64,000 nt of DNA from assembly GCA_965603825.1 (NCBI GenBank), contig CBFDEM010000016.1, forward strand, positions 310,001-374,000, written 5' to 3'. Source of the stretch: Blepharisma stoltei ATCC 30299. Taxonomy: Eukaryota > Protista > Ciliophora. Under the pieces are notes generated by a model, which made no database searches, was not told where the DNA came from, and was given only the letters and a program-made list of their open reading frames with translations. Every line of letters starts with the position of its first letter. Position 1 is the stretch's first letter. The position numbers and the translations under genes were made by a program. Shown here one piece after another: positions 34,851 to 47,225 of this stretch.

Positions 34851-36278
34851 ATGGAATTCACTCTTATTGATGTAAATAGAGCAAAACTCAAAACGATTTT
34901 TCAGAAGCACGCAGGGACTGATGGAAAAGTCAGCTTAGTGGACTTTCAGAAGTTTTGCAAAAATGCAAGACTGTTGAATGTAGGAACTATGTAGGAACTA
35001 ATAATGCAAGCTGATATCAGAAACCTTTTTACGAGAGCAGCAAATAATCAAGTATTAAGCAGAGCTAAAATAAATTATGAACAATTTGAATGCATTATTA
35101 AGGAGATTGCTATAAGTAGGTTTGAAAAGGCTGGAAATTCATGTGATTGCGTCAAAATGCTGTTTCAGCATATATTGCATGCGGTAAAGAATACTTATAA
35201 TATAGCTCTCTCTATGAATGATCAATCCAAAATCATAAAACCTTCAGAAATTAGCATAAGGCAGGTCAAATCACTTGTTATAGAAAAACGAGATAATGGA
35301 ATTATCGAACAAAAAGAAATTAAGCCACCAAAAATCGATGGAATAATCATACCGCCAATATTTGCTGAAAGAGAAACAAATGGAAGTTTAGATACATCTA
35401 TTAGAGAAGCATTAGAAGCGCTTAAGAAAAAAGAAAATTTACACAGCAATAGCCAATCTCCTGTAAGAAAAGAAAATGCGCCAGCCAAAATCATCAGAAA
35501 ACATTCGAGAACGGTAAGCCAAAAATCAACTTTTGAAGTGAAAAAAGTCATCAAGCCTACAATGAGTGCAATTCAATCTCCTAAGGGCGGCAATAAGCCA
35601 AATTTTAAATTGAACTTGTCTAGTATAACTCCTAGCCAAGCCCCTTTAACAACTTCCAGGCTTAGAAAAAATGCATCATACATTAGCAAGGATGTAGACG
35701 AACTTTTTGATGATCAGAGAGATCTAAAAGAGTTTCTTGAAACAGAAAAAAGAGTCCAGAAAGAAGTTCTTTGTGTAACTGTTTCACTTAAATCAGAAAC
35801 TGATCCTAACGCAAGCAATCCATTTGAGCTCGCAAAAGAAGCGAATGGAATTATCACCAAGCTTAATGAAGAAGTTTTAGCTCAAAAACAGTCGCAATCC
35901 ATCCCTCCTAAGCACTCTAAACTTGGAGAAGGTGCTCCTCTAACAAACATTTTATTCAAGGCAAAGCACCCAAAGTGCTTGAATAGCCAGCTGACAGAAA
36001 ATGAAGAAGATCTAAGAACTAGATCATCTCCTATAGACCATAAAGCAAAGCTCCAAGAGATTAAATCTTCTTTGGAGAGCTTTAAAATTCGGCACACACA
36101 AAAATTATCAAAGATTTCCAATTCTAAGCCTTCATTGACACTTATAAGGGAGTACCAAGAGTTTTTATTAAATCAGAAAAAGAGAAGCTTTACCACACAG
36201 TTTGTAATGAGAATGATTTTAAATTCATGAAAAAAAGAAACAGAAATCAGTAAATTAGCTAAAAGAAAAAGAAAATAA
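34851..36278 (+). CDS. Protein with N-terminal p25alpha/TPPP-like domain and disordered tail (470 aa); 2 exons
   Basis: DFQKFCKNARLLN|ELIMQADIRNLF...KINYEQF..IIKEIA..RF. Intron 34980-34994; TGA=W at 36228. Confidence 0.8.
34980..34994 (+). other. 15-nt spliceosomal intron
   Basis: gtaggaactatgtag. Confidence 0.8.
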
Positions 36279-36376
36279 TGTTATTGGCAAGATTCTGCGA
36301 TAATTAGAATATCGTTGGATTAATTTGAATCAATAAATTTAATGCATCATCTTATAAATGTAAGTGATATATTAAA

Positions 36377-36976
36377 ATGGAGCTCTACTTGGTCCGCCAT
36401 GCCCAATCTGCTTTTAATAGGTGGCATCATATGAAATGGTTGAAGCCTTGGGAATGGTTTGTCAAAGATCCATTTATATGGGATGCAAAACTGACAGAAA
36501 AAGGAATTCAGCAAACCATTAAAGCAAGACAAGAATATGCAGATATTATAAAGAGAACTGAATTGATTATTTGCTCCCCATTATCAAGGACCATTATGAC
36601 CATGCAAGGAGTTTTCGCAGAGGCTAAATGTCCTGTGATTTTAACTCCGCTTATTGCTGAAAAAGTTCATCACTCTTGTGATATAGGACTTCCTTTGAAG
36701 GAGTTGAAGGAAAAATACACAAATTACCAGTTTTGCCATTTCGAAGAAGAGCTATGGTGATATCATAAAGGAGAAGATCCGAAAGGTATTATAATTGAGC
36801 CTTGGGAGAATGTAAAGCATAGGGCTGATAAGATTAAGGAATTTTTAAAAACTAGAGATGAAAAAGTTATTGCTATGGTGAGCCATGGAAATTTCATTAG
36901 GTCATTTATGGACGAAGTAATTATGTTTAGAAACTGTCAAATTAAAAAAGTTGAAGGCTTTGGCAAGGCTCAATAG
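36377..36976 (+). CDS. Histidine phosphatase / phosphoglycerate mutase family protein (199 aa)
   Basis: LVRHAQS, DAKLTEKG and SPLSRT motifs; VSHG lies beyond TGA 36758. Confidence 0.92.
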
Positions 36977-37250
36977 AATTAAATAAGAAATATGGAATTT
37001 AGACATAAAATAATGCCGTAATGGTGAACTAACTAAATACAGCCGTTTATGTGCTTGAAAGATAAATATTAATACTTTTTAAAATTTAATTTTTAAATAA
37101 TTATAGCTTTTCTAAATTTTTGTCGTCCTTACTGATATGAAAAAATATGTCATGATTAATAGATTACGCCATTATTTTTTAAAATGCTTCACTGATCGTA
37201 TTCTCTTAATTTGAAGCTTTAATTTTTTAGCTTTTTATGATGTATTTTTG

Positions 37251-37460
37251 GTCCTTAATCAGGCTGGCTATAAAATTCCATCGCTAGTGTAACCCATGAG
37301 AAGGGTTAGCAATCTGATTAAGCAGGCGAAAGATATTCCTAGAAGTCTTACTTCGCTGGGCATGAATTTCTGATATGAAGCCACATTCGAGAAAAGCATG
37401 GCGGCTTAAGCACTACACTAACTGTTAGCCTATACCTTTACCTAAACTTACTGAACATAA
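37251..37460 (+). ncRNA. Candidate structured RNA with SRP (7SL) Alu-domain-like features; identity uncertain
   Basis: GC-elevated non-coding island with several complementary helices, a UGUAA hinge between two hairpins, and complementary loops. Confidence 0.5.
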
Positions 37461-37483
37461 TTAATTAATATATTGTGACAATT

Positions 37484-37729
37484 TTAATACTCTACCGTTA
37501 CCGCCTCACAGTTTTGCCCATCTTCTACATCTATGCTTGCTCTAGTAGGAATCCATTGCATACGTTTCATGTATAATTTGTTGAGCTCCAAATTAAGTAG
37601 TGGAGCATTTAAGGCTTTGGCTTTATTTATTTGATACCTTATTTCATCCAGTTTTCTCGGGTCAGGCTGTTTTTCTTGCTTCAGTCTTATCACTCTGAGA
37701 TTATTTTCACTGCCTATGCACGCTCCCAT
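37484..37729 (-). CDS. Small protein with N-terminal MGAC acylation motif (81 aa)
   Basis: ATG 37729 follows an AT-rich leader; MGACIGS. Confidence 0.7.
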   Translation of the reverse strand: MGACIGSENNLRVIRLKQEKQPDPRKLDEIRYQINKAKALNAPLLNLELNKLYMKRMQWIPTRASIDVEDGQNCEAVTVEY

Positions 37730-37749
37730 TTTTAGTAATTTATTATAAA

Positions 37750-40281
37750 ATGGCCAAGTCTCTATGTCAATACCCTGAGTTTTCTTCATCTCCTGAGCAT
37801 AATGATATTTTACGAGATCGTTATTCTCGACCTAATTTTGATGCAATGCTCTCACCTCTATCATCAACGAATTTTTCTATAGAAAACGTAGAAAAAGAAA
37901 GAAAAGCTCGGAAAAAAATTCGATATTTGCTAGACGAACAAGCAATTATCAACGAACAGTTAGCTGATGAGAATGAAATTTTGAATGTCCAACAAAAAAG
38001 CTTGCTTAAACTTTTAATTACTAAGGATAAGCAGCTTGAAAGTTTAGCGGCTTCTTTATCATCAACTTTAAATACAAGCGAAAATTTCAAAGAGATGGAT
38101 AACTGCGAAACACAAACAATAATTTTTGATGGAATAGAAAGAATTATTACAAGGAAACTGAAAAGTGCATGAAAACGATTTGAATTAGGAACCTGGGCAA
38201 AAATCAAAGAAAGAATGGAAGATCAACTGAAAATTGAAAAAATGAATTTTGGAGCAATGTATTTAAAACATATTTTAGTTAAAAACCACCAAAAAAATAT
38301 TGAAAATGTGTGGAGAGAATTTCAAAAACCAATAAAAACTTCAAGCTATTTGCCAAGAATTATTATAAGAATTTTCGAAGAACAGATGAAAGCTTCTATT
38401 TTTAAATTGAAGAAAAATGTGATAAATAGAAAAATTACCCAAGAAAAAGCTAGGAATTTTGGAGCAAAAATCTATTATTTGCTTCAGAGCCACTCATATA
38501 GCAAAAGATCGCTGGAACATTGCTTTAAAAAATGGTCATCAAAGCAAGACTGCTCTCAAAATGTTAAAATACTTGGCAAAGTAATTCTAAATTTATTGAG
38601 AAACCAATTAAGGTTGCCATTCGGATTGATATATAAATCAAGTATTATAAATATTATTGATAATTTAAAACAGGAAAACCAAGCAAAATATATAAATGAA
38701 GCAGAAACTGAGATTGATACATTTGTTAAGGAAAATTCTGAGCTAAAAGAAGAGTTAAAAATAAAATTAGATGAAAGAGATTTTTTGCAAAGTGAGCTTG
38801 ATTCAGCAAAGCAAAAAATAAAAGAGGATGAAAATGAAATACAAGAATCAATGATACAAAATGCCCAGCTTAAAAACCAAATTAAAAAACTTCAGGATGT
38901 TCTTGCTCAGCTTCAGGCTGATAAATCGAAATTTCAAACGAATGATATAGAACAGCGAAAGCAGATAATTTCAATGACTTCAGCATTAGAAAGCCTAGAA
39001 GAAGATAAAGAAAAGCTTTTTGGAAGTTTATCACAGGCAAACGAAGAAATTATGGACCTTAGAAAAGAACTTAAAACTCAGCAAAACGAAAAAGATTTCT
39101 TTAAAAATGAGCTTGATACAGCAAAGCAAAAAATCAAAGAATATGAAGATGAAAGACAAGTCTCTGTGCTGCAAAATGCACAGCTTAAGGGCCAAATTAA
39201 AAAAATTCAAGACATGTTTGCTCAGCTGCAAACTGAAAAATCAAAATTCCAAGCAAATGATATAGAGCAGCGCAAACAAATAATTTCACTATCATCAGCC
39301 ATAGAAAATTTGGAAGAAGATAAAGAGCAACTATTCCAAAAACTTTCTCAAGCAAATGAAGAAATTACCGACCTTAGAGTACAGATCAATGAATGTGCTC
39401 AAAGCAACGAACTCCTGTCATCCAATTTGCAATTCTATATGAAACAGGAAAAGGAGATTCAAAAGCATCTCAAAGAGTCTGAAGACGAAATAGAATCAAA
39501 ATCAAATTTATTGTATCAAAAAGAAAATGATCTACAAAAATTAAACGAAACTAACCAATCCTTAAGAAATCAGCTGAACCAAGTTAAAAAAGAAATAGAA
39601 AATTTGCAGCAAAATCCTGATAAAAATAAAATTAAGCAACTAATAAAAGAAAATTCCCAACTAAATGCAAAAATAGAAGAGCTTCAAAAATCTTCAGAAA
39701 AAAGAAATAATAAAGAAATTGCTGAATTAAAAGGAGAGTTAAAAAAGTATCAAGAAATTTCCCAGCAAGCAAACCATGATAATTCATTGCTTCATCACGA
39801 ACTAGAATTAGTGACTAACGAACTAAATAGCATTCAAGAAGAAAGAAATCAGCTCTTGCAAGTAATCAAAGAAAAGCAAACAATTCACCATCAAAAAAGT
39901 GAATCCCAAGTTCAAGCAATGCGAGATTATTGCAATAATCTTGAGCAAAAGGTGCAAAGCTTACAAACGGCTGTTAATAAGTCGAAAAAATACGAAAATG
40001 AAGTAGAAGAATTGAAGGAAAGGAATGAAAGTTTAGAAGAAAAAGTTGCAAAGCTGCAAGCTGAGCTTGAAGAAGTCAATGAGGTAGCGATTACCAGTAG
40101 AAAACAAATTGTGTTGGTTACTGCTGAAATTGAAAATTATGCAAGTATTTTTGGTATAATGGAAGAAAAAATCACAGAAACAGAAGAAAGGCTTAAAAAG
40201 GCTGAGCATGAAAGAGATATGGCTAAACTTGAAACTCAAACAATAAGGCAGCGCTATATCAATAAGATAGACAGCATATAA
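37750..40281 (+). CDS. Large coiled-coil protein (843 aa)
   Basis: ORFs 37750 and 38215 join through TGA 38170. Internal 105-aa duplication. Confidence 0.85.
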
Positions 40282-40596
40282 TTATAATGAATTTTAATTA
40301 AAAAATGATGATAAATAAATTGCACAATTCTAACTTCATACAAGTTTTAATTAAAAAAGCCATTAATGATATGATAAAATTTATACCAGAATTATTTTTT
40401 AGTCTAAGAAAAATTATTTTTAAGCATTTTTTAATGATAGATGCCATTCAAAGGATCTTATTAAAATCTTCCTCAAATATCAGACATAAATTTGCTAAAT
40501 ATACTGAAACTAATGTGATTTAAGGATTGCAACTCTTTAGATTTCTTCGTGAAAATAAAATGCAATTATCACTCATCATGACTAAATAATAATATT

Positions 40597-42753
40597 ATGA
40601 ATCCTTTTAATTATTCTCAAATCTTTAAAACTGCTGAAAAATCCAAAGAAGAAAGCTACAGAGAATTAAAGATTCAAAAAATTACTGAAATGCTAGACAA
40701 AGAATTTGAATTAAGCTTAATGAAATCAAGTGCGTTTTCCTTTTCACAAATAACTGATCGGCATTCACTAATGAAAAAATACAATCAATTACTATTTACC
40801 AATCAGCAAAAAAGCAAAGAATTAGACAGCCTCAAAGATATCATTGAAAATTTAAAAAAATCTAACTCTTCAGCTATTTTTACACAGAAAAAATCTGAAA
40901 ATTTACTTATAGATATACAAAGCTCTATAAATAGTAGATATGCTGCTACAGAATCTGAAAAACTAGACCTGATTGAAAAACTTAAAGAAGAAATAGTAAA
41001 AATCAATAGTAAAATTGAGCAAGAATATTTCACTTCAGAACGGTTAGCTGCTATGAAATCAAAAGCAAAAAAATCGCTTGTAAATACCAATTAGATTGAT
41101 ATAAAGAAAAAGGTTTGAGAAATGCAAACAGAATGCGACACAGTAAGAAAATATGAAAATAAGACAATGATTATAGAAAGGACTGCAGATAACGAAAAAA
41201 TTAGATGTGATTTTGAAAACACGATACAAAGATCAAGCATTAAAACTGAAAGGATAGCTCGGAAAGAAAAACTTACTTTATTAGCCAAAAAGCAAATTAT
41301 ATTAAAAAAAGACACAGAGCTATTGACCACAAAATTTGTCGAGGATACTGTAAAAAATGATGATCAAAAAGAATTCAAGATGATTTTGTCACAAGATTTG
41401 AGAGAAGCGTTGTCAGATCATGACGAGCTAAGATTCATGAGCAAAAAAATTCAAGCTAAACTTGAAGCGTATGAAGAAGTATTTTTTCACATAAAAGAGT
41501 AAAATATATTTAGGCTGACTGGAAAATCAAAATGCTTAGACTTGGATCCAGAAAGTCCTGGACTCAGCATTCCACAAGAAGTTACGAGCTGTTTTAGTAA
41601 AATGATTTCAATAGAAACAAAGCTTAAAGAAAGGTTTGAATATCTCACATCAATTCATAACAAACTGAAGTACAAATGTGATAAAATTTCTTATGATCTG
41701 AGTATGCTGAAAAAACTAGATGAAAATTGTATAAATTTTAATGACTTAAAACATCATACAAAAGTTTTGAGATGCCAAACCGCAAATAATGGAATCACAC
41801 TCACAGATTTAATAATTTCATGAGACACCTATTCTAATGATACTCAAAAGCAAGAACTTATAGAGAAATATGAAAATATATCATTTTTTACATATAAATT
41901 TTTATCTGAAACATGCACAAAAGTAGCTTCTACTCTTCAAAGATTATTTTTAGAGACTGGCGACATTAAAAGTCAAGCAATTTTACAAGAAAATTCTACA
42001 TTTTTGACAGAAGTTCGAGAAACTTTATCTTCAGATTCCTTTCAAAAAAGTCCCAAAAAATCTAATAGTTCTCAAAATTCCTCTATAGGCCAAAAAATCG
42101 AATCATCCATTTATATTCTCCAACAAATTTTATCAGGCCATGCAGAATTGACAAAGGAGCTTGAAATTATTGTAAAATCTTATGAAATTCCAGAGCAAAA
42201 ACAACCCAAGTTAAGCTCTGTTCTATCAGCTCCAGTCTCAAAACACAATTCAAAATCAATTTCTGACCTCCTCACTTCAGCTATCAAGATGAAAGTCCAA
42301 GAATTAATTAAAAAGAAGTCTTCAGCGCATTCAGGCCTCAAAGCAGAATTTGAAGATTTTGTGAAAAGGTTTAAAATAAATGAAGTTAATATAAATGATT
42401 TAAACACAGAAGAAATTTTAGAAGAAACTGATTCTCAAAGCGGCTTAAATTTAGGCCATACTAACATGAATGAGTCAACAATGTCACCAAGGACGAAGAG
42501 AAAACGAAAAACAAATCTGCCTAAACTATATCAGATACCTACAAAGCAAGATAGGAGAAATGTGATTCAAGAAGTCAAACTCTTAGAACTAAGGCTTAAT
42601 GAAGTAAAAAAATTGAGCAATAAAAATATAAACAAGAAATATCAAGCTAAAGGGTTAACATCAAGGGCTTCTACTGATAAAAGTGTTCCTTCTTTTTCAC
42701 AGAGTGATATTTTATATAAAACTTATTCTCATATGCCCACAAAAAGAAAATAA
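40597..42753 (+). CDS. Hypothetical coiled-coil protein (708 aa); 3 exons
   Basis: Four same-frame ORFs joined by introns 41080-41094 and 41499-41513 and two TGA=W. Confidence 0.82.
41080..41094 (+). other. 15-nt spliceosomal intron
   Basis: gtaaataccaattag. Confidence 0.85.
41499..41513 (+). other. 15-nt spliceosomal intron
   Basis: gtaaaatatatttag. Confidence 0.85.
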
Positions 42754-42870
42754 TTTCTTCAGCACCTGAGATTAAATTTTTAAATAGATTTTCTTTTATA
42801 TCTAGAGAATTTTCATACAATCTCTTTAATAAAATAAGCTTAAAATCAATTTGCTATATGAGAAACGAAT

Positions 42871-45255
42871 ATGGTAAAAATCTTACTTATTTCCTTTTTG
42901 TTGATATCTGCTATAGCACACTCAGGGACTTTAAAAACTGGTAGAAATTATGTGCAAGTCCCTTTAGAGTCATTTTTGGAAACTGAATTAACAGAAGATA
43001 CAAGTTCAGACGAAGTGACAGATGTCCCTGTCCAAGATGAGGACGCAGAAAGCCAAACAATCCCTCAAGGAGACAGTGATTCTGCTCCTGCTGAAGTAGA
43101 AGATGAGTCTACTCAAATGATGACAGTTGACTACTCAGACGAAGAAAAATTAAATACCACTGCAAGTGCAAAGGACGCAGCAAACGGAATCGTCAGTCAA
43201 GTCTTAGAATATGCTTATAAAAATGATCAATTGTATATGACAAATTTAAAATTGAGCCGAGAAATTGAAGATTTAGAAGAAATGCTAGATGGGGCAGTAG
43301 GGAAAATAAACAGTGCACGATTAAGCGAGTTAAACTTGGTAAGTAAATTAAATGAAGAAATGAAAGTTTTAGATCAGTACTATGGAGCCATTCTTAATGA
43401 TCCAGAAAAAGTGGTGGAAGCGGCAAATAATATCAAAGCTGAAGTTGAAAAAATTAATGAAGAAAAGGCTGAGGAGGAAGAGCAGAAAGAAGATAATGAA
43501 GATGATGAGGATGAAGATTTGGAGGCCTCTTCTACCATGGTATGCGTTATTGGGCTTGGATTCTTGTTTCTAATACTCCGTGGAGCTCGATCTGTATTTG
43601 GAGCCTTAGTTGAAAATGGCCTGAAAACAGGAATTTATGCTTTAATGGCAGATATTGCATTATTAGTTGTGGTATGATCTGCAACTGTCGTTGCTGATTA
43701 TGGAGATTGGTTTGACGAAGATAGGCTTGACTTCGACATGATAGTCGTTGGAGTTGCTTTGTTTATCCTAATATGAATGATGCAAGGACTTTGGCTGATT
43801 TTCCTATGTCATTTATATGCAAAACAATGGAAAAGGCAAGAAAAAATCATTGGAAATCCAGATAAAGAAATGCCAGCTGGATTAGCTTCATATGGAATAA
43901 TGCGATATCTCTTTTTAAATCCATCTTACTTTCCATCAGTTACAGAATCATATTTAAGCTCAAATTTCAATTTTGCTGAATATTTAACTCGAGCTCTTGG
44001 TGAGATTTTGAAATCTGTGTATTCGTTCTCATGACTGGGATTTTTTCTTATGCTTTTTGCTATTTTTTGTTGAAGAATTGCTCTTGAAGGAGATAATACA
44101 CTAGAAATCGCAATTTTTTTTGTTGTTCCAGCCATTTTATTATTAATTTGGTTTTGTGTTTATATGAAGCTAAAATTGATCTTTAAACTTCTAGTGCCAC
44201 AGGTAGACAATTTTGAGAGGAAAGTATCACCTGAAATAAACCCAGAAGAAATAAAAAATATTGTACCGATGCCTTTATATCTAGAAGGACAAATCCCAGA
44301 CGAAGAGATTCGAATTTTATATTTTAAAATAAACCCCATGAAACTGACTTGTGGCTATATTTTTATTGGACAGTACCCCACAAAGCATGAACTTCTTTTT
44401 TGGTTTGATTCCTATGGGCCACAATTCTTCGGGAGTATAATCCAAGCTCTTAACGTGATTTTAACACTATGACTAGTTGTAGTACTTATTTACTATATTT
44501 CTATGCTTGATGACGAAGTAGGTGGACTCACAGCAATTTTTATTATTTTTGCTATACTCTTTTGGACAATCTTAGCATGCATTTGTATACCTCTAGCAGT
44601 TCGCTTATATTGCATCACAACAAAAATAGAAATGCTTAAAGATAGAAATCTGATTAATGAAGCAGTACAAGTTCAAAAGGCAGAAAGATCGATGAGGACT
44701 ATGAGAATTTATAGACAAGTGAAGTCAATCTATAGAGATTACCAGCGTAGTAGTAATGAAGAAAATTTAGTAAATCTGAAGCCAGATGTTTTAAATTTAA
44801 CTGATGAAGTCTATCATTTGGAAGCTCAAAATAAGCAAATTTATGTTACACAAATTGATAATATATTAGAACTAGTCGGAGTTAGACTCACTGAAGATGA
44901 ACTTAGACTCCTAGCTAAAGAATGCTCCCCTAGCGCAGATAATAATGTGAATTTTAAAGGCTTCAAAACAGCACTAGAGCGAATTTTAGCTGGAAAAGGC
45001 TATAAACCTCAAGAAGTCATTAAAAAAACCTTCAAGGCTTACATAGAACTGGCAAAAGGTAAGGATGAAAGCGCGAAAACAATTTCTCTCAGAAATCTAA
45101 GTGAGTTTTTCAAAGAGTATAGCTGGCATTTGAATGATGATGATATGAGAGAGTTTCTAAAAGATATAAAATACTTCACAGGAAATAGCGGAAAAATGAC
45201 AACAAACGATTTCGGAGGGATTTTCAGGGATGAAGTTTCTCGTCTCCCTAAATAA
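42871..45255 (+). CDS. MLO-like multi-TM protein with signal peptide, acidic ectodomain and C-terminal EF-hand-like region (794 aa)
   Basis: Four ORFs in one frame joined by TGA=W; about 7 TMs. Motifs YGIMRYLF..FNFAEYLTRALGEILKSVYSFS[W] and LLFWF...P. Confidence 0.82.
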
Positions 45256-46017
45256 TCATATGAATATAATAATATTTGAATTTAAAAAATTCTAATAAAA
45301 CATTTCTTAAGTTAAATATCAATATTAATGACAAAAATGCAAGGGTAATGCTATATCTATTCTTCTATTTTAAAATATAATCCTAATTTATAGAAATAAA
45401 TACAGCTATAATTCAATTTATCGTATATTTTATCTTATAATTGCTTGGACCTGATAATTGAGACCTTAAGCTCATTAGTCTAGTGATTTTATATTTGCAA
45501 ATGTAAAATTTTACTTTAAATGCATAATTTAATATCATTAAGTTCTATACAATATATTCTAAAGTGCTTTAGACTAAATATATCACAAATCGATGGATTT
45601 TTATATTTAAAAAAGAATTTACTCTTAATAATTTTAATATCAAGAATTTAAAGCATTATAATTTTTAAAAACCAAAATATATATGATACTCTTGTTCGAC
45701 GATCACAATAGAAATAAATTGATGCATTACTATCTTTAGGGTTATGAAAAATACCCGTTTAGAAAGCTAAGAAAGCTTTTTTTTGATAATAAAGGACTTT
45801 ATTATTCTTATAAAAATGTCTTGCCTGACCATATACCATTGTGTTGAAGAAATTTTAAATCATAAATTTATTAAATTTGAGTATGCAGATTTATTTCAAA
45901 TATAAAGTCCTTATAATTTTCTTTTAATGGGCTGGCTAAGTAGATCCTTGATAAACTTAAGTTTTAATAGGTTTTACTAGACTTAAAAGAATAAAAGGCC
46001 ATTTAAGGGTTAAATGC

Positions 46018-46428
46018 TTAAATACTGAAACTCTCATTTTTGATGACGCTGTAAGACCTCGCTTTATGATAACTTTGTAAGTAGCAAAACTGGCACATTC
46101 CTTTGGCATATAGCTTGCGCTCTTCATGAGGGCATGCCCATGCTTTCTTTTCCCTTCCTACCCTGTGGTAGCAGTTATTGCACATATTCTTAGCATAATG
46201 TCGTTTGTTTACATGAGGACAAGCAGTAATTCTCTTTCTAGAGCTCTTTAGGCTGCTTTTATCCTTAAGCTTTTTGGCTCTTCTCCTATGTTCAGTATCT
46301 CCAGTTTGATTTTCTTCATCAAATAAAATTTTTGGAAGGCTTAGGCTTGTTGAAGAGCCTGAAAAATTGCAAAGGAGCGAAAACATTCCAGAAAAAACTG
46401 AGTTTTTATCTTCAAAATTTTGGGTCAT
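46018..46428 (-). CDS. Small protein with two ACPH-x5-YAKxMCxxCY repeats (136 aa)
   Basis: Repeat visible in the translation; preceded by a basic NLS-like stretch. Confidence 0.85.
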   Translation of the reverse strand: MTQNFEDKNSVFSGMFSLLCNFSGSSTSLSLPKILFDEENQTGDTEHRRRAKKLKDKSSLKSSRKRITACPHVNKRHYAKNMCNNCYHRVGREKKAWACPHEERKLYAKGMCQFCYLQSYHKARSYSVIKNESFSI

Positions 46429-47225
46429 CGAATAATATTATTGTTACCTAAAATAATCAGCATTTGCAAATGGAGTTATAGATCTAGAATTTAAATAATC
46501 AAAAATTTTAAACTTAAAAAATAAGAATTAAGGTGTTTTATTAGAAATTGTTAGCATTTTTTATTTTAGACTATATTTCTTATTATAATCTTTCTAAGCT
46601 ATGAGGGATTTAAGCTTCATCCATTTTGAATCGCAGGGTTAATAGACAATTGGAAATCAGGAAATCAATTTTTGATGCAATAAAAATTGTTGAGGTGTAC
46701 GAATCGCTAAATTTCTATATTTTATAAGTAGCATAGCAAGAATTATTGAAATTTCCTGATGCTAGATTGAATTTTTCATATTCTAAATTCTATTGATGTA
46801 TTCATATGTTTGCAAAGCAATCAATGCTAAAATGAATACTTACAAAACTATTCAAATTTAAATCAAACTAATTGTCTTCAATGAATTTATAAAATTAAAG
46901 GCTTTAAAGAAATAAACTACTCAAAAAATATCGGGAAATTAAAATTAATTGTATGACGAAATACTTATAGCATGAGCTTGTGGGGTATATTATAAATATT
47001 TTTCTTAGAAAATCATTATAAAGGCAAAAATAGATATAATTTTAAGCTAGATAATAGAATTTTCTCTTGAAATTTAGTATCCATGATTTCACCATATTAG
47101 AATATTATTCATTGTCTAATAAAAAGTATATTAAAAAATGCCTTAAAAGGGCTTAATATACACTTTTAGCAATTTTATTCAAAAATAATATTTTTCTTTA
47201 ATCCTATTTATTTAAATTTACTTAA

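Noticed and set aside
36917-36930. gtaattatgtttag as an intron in the histidine phosphatase gene
   Set aside because: 14 nt, lacks the branch-point A, and the frame is open without splicing.
37251-37460. Telomerase RNA, hammerhead ribozyme or H/ACA snoRNA identity for the structured region
   Set aside because: No CCCUAACA-type template. CUGAUUA..GAAA lacks the hammerhead core G and stem II. No H box, and no m2-flanking stem for U17.
40305-40523. AT-rich intergenic ORFs (also 19434, 26002, 48220, 54649)
   Set aside because: Low-complexity I/K/F/N composition typical of non-coding AT DNA; 48220 overlaps the tRNA.
45256-47225. AT-rich tracts as retained germline IESs
   Set aside because: No gene in the window is interrupted by a TA-bounded insert, and intergenic IESs cannot be recognised without MAC/MIC comparison.
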